NCBI GenBank assembly: GCA_963721455.1
Contig: CAVRJG010000009.1
Span: 1 to 12,749 of the forward strand
Reading direction: 5' to 3'
From: an uncultured Methanosarcinaceae archaeon
GTDB taxonomy: Archaea > Halobacteriota > Methanosarcinia > Methanosarcinales > Methanosarcinaceae
Length of the DNA: 12,749 bases
A model generated the notes under the pieces. The model ran no database searches. It saw nothing but the letters and a program-made list of their open reading frames with translations, and was not told where the DNA came from. Position numbers and translations under genes: made by a program. Below are positions 1 to 8,517 of this stretch, one piece after another. Position 1 is the first letter of the stretch, and the number at the start of each line of letters is the position of its first letter.

Positions 1-935
1 GAATGAATTAAAAGAAAGAATTAGTCAATATATAAACCAGATTAACGAAAAGCAAGTTCTATTTACGTGGAGATATAAAATGGAAAAAATGGATGAAATG
101 CCTGGTGGAATCACAGTCTAAAAGGGCGTTAATTAGGAATCGATGCACTAGTGGTCTATTATTTTTTTTAGCTTCCATATGTGAGAGTCATATTATTTGT
201 GACCCCGGTGGTTTAGTTTTTGAGTACTATAATTTAAGAAAATTGATGGTCGATAATATTGATTATGGAATTGACCCCTTGAGAATAAGGATAAATACTG
301 AAGATTATGAGGAATGGGATTATTATCATCCTGAATACGATAGAGAAGTAGAGATAACTAAAAAACTATTCAAAGAGAAAATAGAGACAGAGCTTCCAAA
401 GACTTTTTTTGAACCAAAAGAAATAAAAATCCCTGTAACTGAAGAAGAGTTTTTTGAAATAGTTGATGAAATAATATCTAATTTTAAAAATATGATTGAA
501 AACAGTGGGTATGAGTTATTATGGGATGAAAGTGGCAAACAAAGAAAAGAAGAAATTTGCCAGGTATTATTCGATGTTTGTTTAAAAAGTTATTGTAAGA
601 GTAGAGGAATAGATCTAACCAGAGAACCGGAAACAGGAAGAGGACCAATTGATTTTAGATTTTCTTCTACTGTAGATTATATTGCTCATGTGGAGTTAAA
701 AAAAGACAGTAACCCAAAATTGGCTCACAGGTTAAGTAAACAATTACCAACATATATGAGTTCAGAGGATGTGAGATTAGGATTCTTTATCATCTTCGAT
801 TTTGGCAATAAAGATATATCGAAATTAAAAGAAAAATTAGAGAAGCAACGTACAGAATTAGAGAAAAATCAAAACCTGAAACTTCGAATAATCTATATTG
901 ATGTAAAACCAAAGCCATCTGCCTCACACGTATAA
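1..935 (+). CDS. PD-(D/E)XK restriction-endonuclease-like protein; probably 5'-partial with a +1 frameshift near 48-51 (intact ORF 93-935)
   Basis: The C-terminal part has E(EICQ)...REPETGRGPIDFRF...HVELK...QLPTYM, a PD-(D/E)XK-type catalytic pattern. Frame 2 is open from base 2 (NELKERISQYINQINE). Removing one A from the run at 48-51 joins it to frame 3 (SKFYLRGDIKWKKWMKCL...). Confidence 0.7.
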
Positions 936-936
936 T

Positions 937-1700
937 TTAACTAACTTTTTCACATAATTCGGTTTTCAAATTTAATTTTCCTTTTTTAATCCTATCCTTT
1001 ATTCTCTTCAATGTACTTCCATGCTTAATTCCTATTTTTCGGGCTTCTTCAGGAGTTAAAGCCAAAATTTTTTCATTTATCGCTTCTTCATTAATGAAAC
1101 CTTGAGACTTGGTAACATCCAAAGGCTGATCCTCAATATTATGGCTTTTTTCCCAATGTAGACAAACCCATCAGCCTGAGTACGCTTTCTCTCTAAAACT
1201 CCTATCTCTCCATCAAACTTGTTTTCCATGTGCTCAATATATTTCAAAATTGTCCTGCTCAAAGGTTTAAAATATTGAACTCCTTGTTTGACTTCTCCCG
1301 TTTGATAATTGATAAATGGCTCATCCACTATTTTCAGGAAATCCTTGGTGAAAGGAGCCAGCGGCTTAACAGCTTTACCGTTTTCCTTAATTGCCTGGAA
1401 CCCTACAAGGAAGAAATTAAAAGGTTTAATCTGCTCTTTCCAGGGCTTTCCCTTATTCAGTTTCTTGAACCTGTTCAGCATGTGGAAAGTGCTAACGGTA
1501 AGCTGAGAAATTGCATAGAAGTTAGAATATTTTTCTTCAATATCTTCCTCAGTAATTTGTCCATAATGAAGCTTAAGAATATCTTGCCAGATCTCTGCCT
1601 GCCAATCCTCAATTGAGTTAGGGAAAGGGTTTGTCAAGTGTCCAAGCCCATGAAGCTTATAGATATTTCATCGTCCATAAAAGATATTTTATCGTCCATA
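937..1700 (-). pseudogene. C-terminal remnant of a family B DNA polymerase of the Methanosarcina casposon type; 5'-truncated and frameshifted
   Basis: ORFs 1077-1637 and 937-1122 join across a 1-nt deletion near 1141 (YIGKKA/NNIEDQPLDVTK). The frame extends upstream as YKLHGLGHLTNPFP. The motifs KLHGLGHL, W-x-DIL, IKPFNF-x-LVG, KFDG-x-x-GVLER, YIGK and the terminal HTH-like EARKIGIK-x-x-STLKRIK match my recollection of casposon PolB C-termini; no search was run. No exonuclease or catalytic polymerase motifs remain. Confidence 0.6.
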
Positions 1701-1702
1701 AA
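1661..1702. repeat. 21-bp tandem duplication (1 mismatch)
   Basis: AGATATTTCATCGTCCATAAA (1661-1681) is followed by AGATATTTTATCGTCCATAAA (1682-1702). Confidence 0.85.
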
Positions 1703-1788
1703 TATGATATAGATCAAGCGGTAGAAATTGTATACAGCATTATCGAATTCTGTAATAAATTAAATAAATTCCTTAAGGGGGTCAATAA

Positions 1789-3525
1789 ATGGACGGAAAC
1801 CTGAAGCGACAACATTATACGGATATTCTCGAAAGAATGAAGACCTATTTTCCCTCCCCAGTATCCAATCCTATTATGGATGGCTACTTGGTTCATACCA
1901 TTTCACACTTTCTCGACCATGTAGACAGTTTAAAATCCACTGTACCTATACTCGGTATTGGGCAAGAAGAATTCCTTGAGTGTACCTTTCACAATGTTGA
2001 CAAAGAGAGGCTTTCGATGTTGCCAAGAACAAAGCTGGAGACAGAGGTTGAAGGTCTAAACTTCCCAGAGGATATGGGTTCGGTGGAAAATATTACCGAA
2101 TTGCTGGCAAATTATTGTAAGGACATGATCATATGGGCACATCCGAATTCACAATCTAACGTTATCCCTCCCTCATCAATACCCAGCATTCTGGCTTTCA
2201 TTGCTACGGCAATCTACAACCCAAATATTATAGAGGATGAATTCTCTGCCAGGTTTGCTGAAGCTGAGATTGAGAGCATAGCGATGCTCTCGGATCTGAT
2301 TGGTTATGATTCGCAAAGATCAGGTGGTCTATTCACTTTTGGCGGTACTGGCACGATTTTTTATGGTTGCAAATTAGGGATTGAAAAGATGTTCAGTGGA
2401 CGTGCCATGATTGAGGGAATTCGCGAAGATGTCAAGATTATAGCTTCGGATTCGTCACATTATTCGAAACTTAACGTGGCAGGTTGGCTGGGAATCGGAA
2501 CAAAAAATATCGTATCCATACCTACTACCCACGAAAATGAAATGTCACTGATCAGGCTTGAAGAATACCTGCGGCACGCGTTCGAGAGAGAAGAGAAAAT
2601 TGCTACTATCATAGCCACTTTAGGCACTACGGATGCTTTTGGAGTTGATGACGTGGCTGCTATTGTGCGGCTTCGAGACCAGTTAGCTAAAGAATATGAA
2701 TTAGAACACCCTCCTCACATTCATGCCGATTCGGTTATAGGCTGGTCATGGACTGTATTCAAGGATTATGACTTTAATGGCAATCCTCTTGGTTTCCATG
2801 CACGTACATTGCGCTCACTGCAGGATTCTCTTGAACGAATCAGAAGCCTTCATATGGCAGACAGTCTGGGAATTGATTTCCATAAAACTGGATATTCACC
2901 CTACATATCAAGCGCTTTTATTGTCAAAGATAGGAAGGATCTTACCCTCCTCAGTCGTGCACCAGAGCAAATGCCTTACCTTTATCAGTTTGGCTCTTAC
3001 CATCCAGGGATATATACCCTTGAATGTTCACGCTCCGGGGCAGGTGCACTAGCGGCTTTAGCCAATATGCGCCTGTTCGGCAAGCAGGGTTATCGGGTCT
3101 TGATCGGTCATGTGGTCGAGATGTCAGAGATGCTGCGCGAGCGGCTGGAGGCATATTCCTTTATTCATGTCCTTAATGACTACAATTATGGACCAGTCAC
3201 TCTCTTCCGTGTTTATCCTGACGAGGTAGATGCAAAGGATACATTCCAGCGAGAATTGACTGAAGCAGACTATCGAGAACAACTGGAAAAGAACAACACC
3301 TATAACCGCCATATCTTCAATCATATCCATGAGCGGGCTATGCGTGGAGATGGTGTACTCCTTTCATGGACTGATGCTTATCGGCATTCTGACTATGCTG
3401 ACGTTCCTCCTGTTGCAGCCATAAAGTCGTTCATTCTGAGCCCGTGGACGGATTTGAATTCGGTAGATCTTGTGGTTCGTCAGGTATTGGAGGCACGGAT
3501 GGAACTTAACAAAAAAAACAAATGA
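1789..3525 (+). CDS. Group II pyridoxal-5'-phosphate-dependent amino acid decarboxylase (GAD/DDC family), substrate unknown
   Basis: 578-aa ORF with FTFGGTG, SHYS, ATLGTTDAFGVDD, HIHAD and ADSLGIDFHKTGYSPY (PLP lysine), plus TLECSR. An SD-like GGGGGT lies at 1777-1782. Confidence 0.93.
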   Translation: MDGNLKRQHYTDILERMKTYFPSPVSNPIMDGYLVHTISHFLDHVDSLKSTVPILGIGQEEFLECTFHNVDKERLSMLPRTKLETEVEGLNFPEDMGSVENITELLANYCKDMIIWAHPNSQSNVIPPSSIPSILAFIATAIYNPNIIEDEFSARFAEAEIESIAMLSDLIGYDSQRSGGLFTFGGTGTIFYGCKLGIEKMFSGRAMIEGIREDVKIIASDSSHYSKLNVAGWLGIGTKNIVSIPTTHENEMSLIRLEEYLRHAFEREEKIATIIATLGTTDAFGVDDVAAIVRLRDQLAKEYELEHPPHIHADSVIGWSWTVFKDYDFNGNPLGFHARTLRSLQDSLERIRSLHMADSLGIDFHKTGYSPYISSAFIVKDRKDLTLLSRAPEQMPYLYQFGSYHPGIYTLECSRSGAGALAALANMRLFGKQGYRVLIGHVVEMSEMLRERLEAYSFIHVLNDYNYGPVTLFRVYPDEVDAKDTFQRELTEADYREQLEKNNTYNRHIFNHIHERAMRGDGVLLSWTDAYRHSDYADVPPVAAIKSFILSPWTDLNSVDLVVRQVLEARMELNKKNK

Positions 3526-3767
3526 CCTCCTGTTACTTTCAAGGTCGTCTTTATCTTTAAGATCTGGAGTACAAACCATTCCTGCTTCCGGGCTTTCTGC
3601 CTTTTACTGGAATGCGGCAGATACAATCCCCTGCTTGTGTGGGATTTTCCTGCAGAAGTGAAATTCATCTTCATAAAAGAAGGCTTAAAAATTAAAACTT
3701 AACTGACTGAGTTGGGCTTTTGAAAGTTTACTGATTACTTTATGGAGTTGCTGGCTTCCCGGAAAAT

Positions 3768-4946
3768 TCATTTTTCTCTGAGGCCGGATCTTTTAACCCT
3801 TGCACGGGCTGCTTCAGCTTGCGTTTTGAGCCCCTTGCTTTCCCACAGGTCAGCTGCGATTTTAAAAGCATTTTCTGCTCCCTTCGGGTTGCCAAGCCTC
3901 AGGAAAACTCTCCCCTTTTCATACCAGGCTTCGGGAAAATCCGGTTTCTGCCGGATTGCCTTTTCGAAAGCGTGCAGGGCTTCTTTTTCCAGACTGGTTT
4001 CAAAAAGTACTTTTCCTCTGAGATGCCAGGAGTCTGCGTTCTCAGGCTTTGTCTCAAGGGCTTTTTCAAAAGCCTCCCTGGACTTCTCAAGCTCTCCTAG
4101 CTTGAAATACAGTTTCCCTTTTTTGAACCAGACATCTGCGTCCTCAGGATTTATTTCAAGGGCTTTTTCGGATTCCTTCAAATCTTCTTCGCACTGGCGA
4201 ATCAGGGAAAGCACAGCGTCCTTCCCTTCCCAGGCGTTTTTCTGTACAGGGTTCAGGGAGATTGACCTCTCGAAAGCCTCAAGTGCTGGCCTGAAACGTT
4301 CGAGCTTCATGAAAGTAAATCCGGTATTGGTCCAGAGCCCTGCATGATCGGGATTGATTTGAGAGGCTCTTTCAAAAGTTTCAAGAGCTTCTTCATAGTT
4401 TTTGAGTTTTAGCAGGGTAGTTCCTCTATGAAACACAGCTGCAAAATGCTGCGGGTTTTCGGAAAGTACACCGTCAAATTTTTCAAGTGCGAGCCTGAGC
4501 CTGCCCTGCCTGTAAAGAGTTACTCCTTCCTCATAGAGGTTTTCCGCATTTTTCTTGCTTCCTTTATCCCGGGCCTCACATTCGATACCGTCCTTCCGAA
4601 GCCCGGTTTCAGAGAGATGCCTGAAATCTGCAGATGTTTCCAGGCCAGGCCTTGCATCAAGGTATATGAATTCCTCTTTTGGCACAAAGGACTTGCAAAT
4701 CCATTCCGGTTCAACCTTCCTGTTCGTAATGATGCAGTATCCGTTCACGTACTTAGAACAGACCCCGCAGCAGTAGATGTGCCTTTCCAGCCGGTACCGG
4801 ATCTGGTCAAGCTCGGTGGTCACCAGCCCCTGGTTCAGCCTTGTTTTGAAGGTTTCATAGGGGATATTTTTAATTTTGATATAAACTGTTGACGGAGCAG
4901 GCGGGTCCCATTCTGGAGAGTTTGAGGTTCGTTTTATGCAAATCAT
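3768..4946 (-). CDS. Tetratricopeptide repeat protein with N-terminal Cys-rich domain
   Basis: About seven 34-aa TPR units (e.g. AVFHRGTTLLKLKNYEEALETFERASQINP, VWFKKGKLYFKLGELEKSREAFEKALETKP, AWYEKGRVFLRLGNPKGAENAFKIA). The N-terminus contains CCGVC-x7-C-x12-C. Confidence 0.92.
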   Translation of the reverse strand: MICIKRTSNSPEWDPPAPSTVYIKIKNIPYETFKTRLNQGLVTTELDQIRYRLERHIYCCGVCSKYVNGYCIITNRKVEPEWICKSFVPKEEFIYLDARPGLETSADFRHLSETGLRKDGIECEARDKGSKKNAENLYEEGVTLYRQGRLRLALEKFDGVLSENPQHFAAVFHRGTTLLKLKNYEEALETFERASQINPDHAGLWTNTGFTFMKLERFRPALEAFERSISLNPVQKNAWEGKDAVLSLIRQCEEDLKESEKALEINPEDADVWFKKGKLYFKLGELEKSREAFEKALETKPENADSWHLRGKVLFETSLEKEALHAFEKAIRQKPDFPEAWYEKGRVFLRLGNPKGAENAFKIAADLWESKGLKTQAEAARARVKRSGLREK

Positions 4947-5010
4947 GGTCCTATGCAGGTTTTTCTGGTTTTATGGGATTATTTGTAGAAAATAATGTAT
5001 CTATAGAAAA

Positions 5011-6354
5011 TTACGTATTTATCTGTGCTTCGTCCTGGGATTTAATTGTATAGTCGAAATTCCACCAGCCGCTTTTCTCACTTTCCTGACCGCCGGGACT
5101 TACAGCCCATACACGCCAGCGGCCGGGTGCCTTAACCGGAAGCTCAAAAGAATAACTGGTCCTGGTTATACCGGACTTTATCCGTGATCCGGCTGATTCC
5201 GAAAGCCACGAACCGGAGCCTGAGTCATATGCATCGATTTCTACCGTATAGTTTGCCGCTCCCGGAATGGCTTTCCACTCCAGTGTAATCCCGGAAGTGG
5301 AGCTGTCGAATACAGTTCCGTCTGCCGGTGAAAGTTGCTCTGGCGTTGAAATCGGTGCAGGAGAAGGCATAGAAACCGGCTCTTGAGAGGCAGGTACGGA
5401 AGGCTCCTGTACAAATACGATTTTGGTAGCATCTACACTCCCGAGTTCATTGGTAGCTGTCAGGGTGTAAGTCGTGGTTTCATCGGGAAAGATACGCTGG
5501 CTGCCAGTTAAACCTACGGCCCCTACTCCGGGTTCTATGGAGATTTTCGCAGCTGAGGAAACATACCATGTTAAATTGGAACTCTCTCCTTCCGCAATAG
5601 CATCTGGATTTGCATTAAAAGAACCGATAGATGGCAGATTTTTTTGAGATGCCGGGTTCTCCCGGGATGCCGGATTCTCTTGAGGTGTCAGGTTTTCTTC
5701 CGCAGACGGAAGGGCCGATGGAAGAACGTTTCCAGTGGATGTAAGGTTCTCCTCAACTGCAACAGTACAGTAAGCTGCGTCGTCTTTATCGCCGTTGGAA
5801 GCTGTAAGTTTGTATGTTGTAGTTCTGGCAGGGGATACATTCAATGTTCCTGTGGGTTCTGCAACTCCGATATCAGGCTTTATGGTAACGTTTGAAACTC
5901 CGGTAACGTGCCAGTTCAGGACTGCACTCTCTCCTGTTTTAATGGAATCAGGACTCGCATCAAATGAATTGATGAGCAAAGGATCTCCTTTGACCGTAAC
6001 CGTGCAGAAAGCGACTTTTTCCTTTCCGTTACCTGTCGCTATCAGTTTGTAAGTTGTGGTTTCAGGAGGATAAACAGAAAATGACCCGTTCGAATTTACG
6101 GCTCCGATGCCAGGCTCTATGGTAACATTGTTAGCGCCGGAGACTCCCCAGCTTAAAACGGAAGGATCTCCTGGCTCGATAAGTTCCGGACCTGCATTAA
6201 AATTATTGATTTCCACAATTGCTGCAGGAAACAGGACTTTAAGAGCGATAGCTATACTCAGTATGGTACCAATCAATTTTAGAACTTCTGGAAATGAGTT
6301 CCATAGAGATTTAAGTTGATGCAACATTGATTCTTTGCTGTCTTTTTTATCCAT
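5011..6354 (-). CDS. Membrane-anchored cell-surface protein with three Ig/PKD-like beta-sandwich repeats and a C-terminal FN3-like domain
   Basis: Start placed at ATG 6354 (MDKKD), with GGAG upstream. A hydrophobic segment (LIGTILSIAIALKVLFPAAIV) is followed by three ~75-aa repeats of the form I-x-x-F-x-A-x-P..I..G....L.W.V......I.P.(I/V)G.....G.....P..TTTY.L.A. These lead through a Pro/Ser linker to P(E)QLSPADG...LEWKAIPGAANYTVEI...WRVWAV. Confidence 0.85.
   Translation of the reverse strand: MDKKDSKESMLHQLKSLWNSFPEVLKLIGTILSIAIALKVLFPAAIVEINNFNAGPELIEPGDPSVLSWGVSGANNVTIEPGIGAVNSNGSFSVYPPETTTYKLIATGNGKEKVAFCTVTVKGDPLLINSFDASPDSIKTGESAVLNWHVTGVSNVTIKPDIGVAEPTGTLNVSPARTTTYKLTASNGDKDDAAYCTVAVEENLTSTGNVLPSALPSAEENLTPQENPASRENPASQKNLPSIGSFNANPDAIAEGESSNLTWYVSSAAKISIEPGVGAVGLTGSQRIFPDETTTYTLTATNELGSVDATKIVFVQEPSVPASQEPVSMPSPAPISTPEQLSPADGTVFDSSTSGITLEWKAIPGAANYTVEIDAYDSGSGSWLSESAGSRIKSGITRTSYSFELPVKAPGRWRVWAVSPGGQESEKSGWWNFDYTIKSQDEAQINT
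5648..5701 (-). repeat. In-frame 18-bp tandem repeat in the linker (ENLTPQ/ENPASR/ENPASQ)
   Basis: GATGCCGGGTTCTCCCGG, GATGCCGGATTCTCTTGA and a degenerate third unit GGTGTCAGGTTTTCTTCC. Confidence 0.75.
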
Positions 6355-6638
6355 AACCAGACTCCAGGCAACCTGTAAATTAAAACAAAACACTTAGTTA
6401 TTATATCAGGTTGAAAAACCGATATATTTCAGAAAAAGTTCGTCTGAACAGTCAATTTAAATATTATATATTTTTTAAATTAATGTTGAAATATATCCAG
6501 TAGTTTAATACTATAATATATATTAATTTTGGCATATAATTTAAAAATATTCTAAAGAAGTTTCCGAATGATAAGAGAAACCCTGTGAATATTGTTTTTG
6601 AATGTGTTAGTTTAGCCCTGTTGAAAACTCATCGTGCT

Positions 6639-6660
6639 GCCAGGTTAAACTATTTATGTC
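6639..6660 (+). promoter_or_regulatory. Putative BRE/TATA promoter of the first small membrane-protein gene
   Basis: GCCAGGTTAAACTATTTAT is conserved upstream of the paralog (6982-7000), while the sequence between it and the RBS has diverged. A second TATA-like TTTATATA lies at about 6673-6680. Confidence 0.5.
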
Positions 6661-6713
6661 GATTACTCCTAATTTATATACATATTCATTAATAATATAA
6701 AAGAGGTAAATTT

Positions 6714-6926
6714 ATGAACTGTAACTGTAGGAGAACACACGGAATTCCCGCATTGTTTTCTTTTTTTATCCCTGGCATGGGCCAGCTTGTAAAGGGAGAT
6801 CTGTCCAAGGCACTTGGCATCTGGGTAGCCCTGATAATCTGTGGATTCATGAGCGTTATCGGAATTGGAATTTTAATGGGAATGGTTGTCTGGATTGCGC
6901 AGATATATGATGCCTATAATGCATGA
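6714..6926 (+). CDS. Small membrane protein, paralog 1 (70 aa)
   Basis: SD-like GAGGT upstream. Contains HGIPALFSFFIPGMGQLVKG, two hydrophobic helices and a terminal QIYDAYNA. Conservation with the adjacent paralog supports coding status. Confidence 0.88.
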   Translation: MNCNCRRTHGIPALFSFFIPGMGQLVKGDLSKALGIWVALIICGFMSVIGIGILMGMVVWIAQIYDAYNA

Positions 6927-6981
6927 AAAATAGGTTGAGAAATTCGTTTTAGAGAATGTCGTTTTAAAGGAGAAAGACTCA

Positions 6982-7003
6982 GCCAGGTTAAATTATTTAT
7001 ACC
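6982..7003 (+). promoter_or_regulatory. Putative BRE/TATA promoter of the second small membrane-protein gene
   Basis: GCCAGGTTAAATTATTTATA contains TTTATA about 40 nt before the ATG and duplicates 6639-6657. Confidence 0.55.
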
Positions 7004-7040
7004 CGCCCTCTCATTAAATGTTTTAAAAAAGGTAAGTTTT

Positions 7041-7247
7041 ATGAACTGTTGCAGAAAACACGGAATTCCAGCATTATTTTCGTTTTTCTTCCCGGGCCTG
7101 GGCCAGCTTGTAAAGGGACATCTGTTCAAGGCACTGGGCATCTGGGTAGCCTTCATAATCACCGGAGCCGTGCATATTTTTGGGGCTGGCATTCCAATAT
7201 GGCTAATCATATGGATCTGGCAGATCTATGATGCCTACAACGCCTGA
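7041..7247 (+). CDS. Small membrane protein, paralog 2 (68 aa)
   Basis: AAGGT upstream. HGIPALFSFFFPGLGQLVKG...KALGIWVA...QIYDAYNA is closely similar to 6714-6926. Confidence 0.88.
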   Translation: MNCCRKHGIPALFSFFFPGLGQLVKGHLFKALGIWVAFIITGAVHIFGAGIPIWLIIWIWQIYDAYNA

Positions 7248-7417
7248 AAAGCAGGTTAAGAGAAATCCGGAATGGATAGAATGAATGTATAGTAAAGTAA
7301 GTTACTTAGCTATAAATCAAACTCTTGCTGAAAATTAGAAAATTCAGTCTTGTTTTTTCGATTGTTCTTTCTGAATTCTCCTTATCTGGTTGAGGCTGAG
7401 CCGTCTATTTTCAATTT

Positions 7418-7530
7418 TACTATAAATATCTATCAAAATCTATCAAATTGATAGAAAACAGAAAGACAATCGATATCAATATCCATCTACATCTATCAAT
7501 ATCTATCAAAATCTATCAAATTGATAGGAA
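7418..7530. repeat. Two copies of the phased-repeat/palindrome element (centres 7447 and 7520)
   Basis: 7418: TACTATAAAT ATCTATCAAA ATCTATCAAA TTGATAGAAA. 7471: CGATATCAAT ATCCATCTAC ATCTATCAAT ATCTATCAAA ATCTATCAAA TTGATAGGAA. Confidence 0.95.
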
Positions 7531-7625
7531 ATCACAGTAATTGATCGAAGAACCGGGTAAAACTGAAGAAAATCTACTTCTTGCCCTTGCTAATCCAAAT
7601 AATATTAGATAAATTTTTAAATGTG

Positions 7626-8183
7626 TCAGTATTTGCGTACCATTTCCGCCTGCCATTTCGTTTCCGGCCACCCTCTGAAGCCTCTCAGCTTGTTTATATC
7701 GTCCAGATAATTTATCACTTCATCAGCCTGAAAACCAAGATCTCTAAGCACACATCCAAGGACTGTCCCGGTTCTGCCTATACCTCCCATGCAGTGGACA
7801 ACAATACCTTTTCCAGCATCCATTTCTTCTCTTATTACATTGGTTGCTTTTCTGACAAGCCACTCCTGTGTTTCAGGATCATATGGATTATTGCCATAGT
7901 GCAGGTCTTCTAATTCTGCAGAAAAAAGTACCTTGAGAGGATAAGGGTCATAAAAAACCTTTGAATCACAGAGACAGACAACACTTGAGAATCCCGCATC
8001 ACCAATCTTTTCCCAGGGCGTGCGCATCGCGGGGTGAGACATGCCAGCGAGAAGCACAGGCTCCTTAAGCACTACATACAGATTCAGTGGAATTCTTATG
8101 CCTTCTATTACAGGCATCGACTGCGGACTCAATAATGAGGGAAACATGCTAAGAGTATGAGGTTTGGAGATATAAATTTTCAT
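7626..8183 (-). CDS. Dual-specificity / protein-tyrosine phosphatase family protein
   Basis: Intact CX5R P-loop (VVHCMGGIGRTGTVLGC), upstream LAGMSHP and VVCLC, and downstream PETKWQ (Q-loop-like). The start could be a later Met. Confidence 0.92.
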   Translation of the reverse strand: MKIYISKPHTLSMFPSLLSPQSMPVIEGIRIPLNLYVVLKEPVLLAGMSHPAMRTPWEKIGDAGFSSVVCLCDSKVFYDPYPLKVLFSAELEDLHYGNNPYDPETQEWLVRKATNVIREEMDAGKGIVVHCMGGIGRTGTVLGCVLRDLGFQADEVINYLDDINKLRGFRGWPETKWQAEMVRKY

Positions 8184-8306
8184 TAGCTGGTTTGTGGCGG
8201 CTGGAAAGTTTTGAAGTCTGAACCAGAGTTATAGTGTAGTTTGAAAAAGTTATTTTAACTTAGGGGTATTGCTGGAAAAAAATCGGTTTTCAGTGAAAAA
8301 AACGAA

Positions 8307-8517
8307 AGATATCAGAATCTATCAAAATCGATCAAATTGATAGAAAAATGATGGGAAAATATTATCAAGGAACTTAGTCCATATGTAATATTTTAGTTAA
8401 GAAAACTATCAATATCTATCAAAAAGTATCAAATTGATAGAAAGAAATATAGGAGATAACTATCAATATCTATCAAGATCAATCAAATTGATAGAAAAAG
8501 ATAGAAAATGATAATAT
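8307..8517. repeat. Three copies of the phased-repeat/palindrome element in the divergent phosphatase/fic intergenic region (centres 8336, 8433, 8487)
   Basis: 8307: AGATATCAGA ATCTATCAAA ATCGATCAAA TTGATAGAAA. 8404: AACTATCAAT ATCTATCAAA AAGTATCAAA TTGATAGAAA. 8458: AACTATCAAT ATCTATCAAG ATCAATCAAA TTGATAGAAA AAGATAGAAA ATGATAATAT. Confidence 0.95.

Noticed and set aside
1230-1616. Plus-strand 128-aa and 65-aa ORFs
   Set aside because: Antisense to the polB-like remnant, with no domain features.
3480-3674. 64-aa minus-strand ORF downstream of the TPR gene, possibly a truncated gene marking an island junction
   Set aside because: It has no RBS or recognisable motif and overlaps the decarboxylase 3' end. 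It cannot be supported without comparative data.
3742-4892. Plus-strand ORFs 3742-4347, 3819-4100, 4428-4892 and 4555-4776
   Set aside because: Antisense shadows of the well-supported TPR gene, with no recognisable motifs.
5728-5747. GTTTCCAGTGGA, resembling an archaeal ORB origin box
   Set aside because: Single partial copy inside a CDS, with no G-string and no orc1/cdc6 nearby.
6355-6393. Longer start (6393) for the surface protein
   Set aside because: It is a non-ATG start in AT-rich DNA, whereas ATG 6354 has a GGAG upstream.
6914-7913. ORFs 6914-7210 (-), 7049-7231 (+) and 7581-7913 (+)
   Set aside because: They overlap better-supported genes in other frames or on the other strand.
7418-8517. 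Repeat clusters as a CRISPR array
   Set aside because: The repeats are internally periodic and degenerate, spacing is irregular (73, 816, 97, 54 bp), a whole gene intervenes and there are no cas genes in the window.
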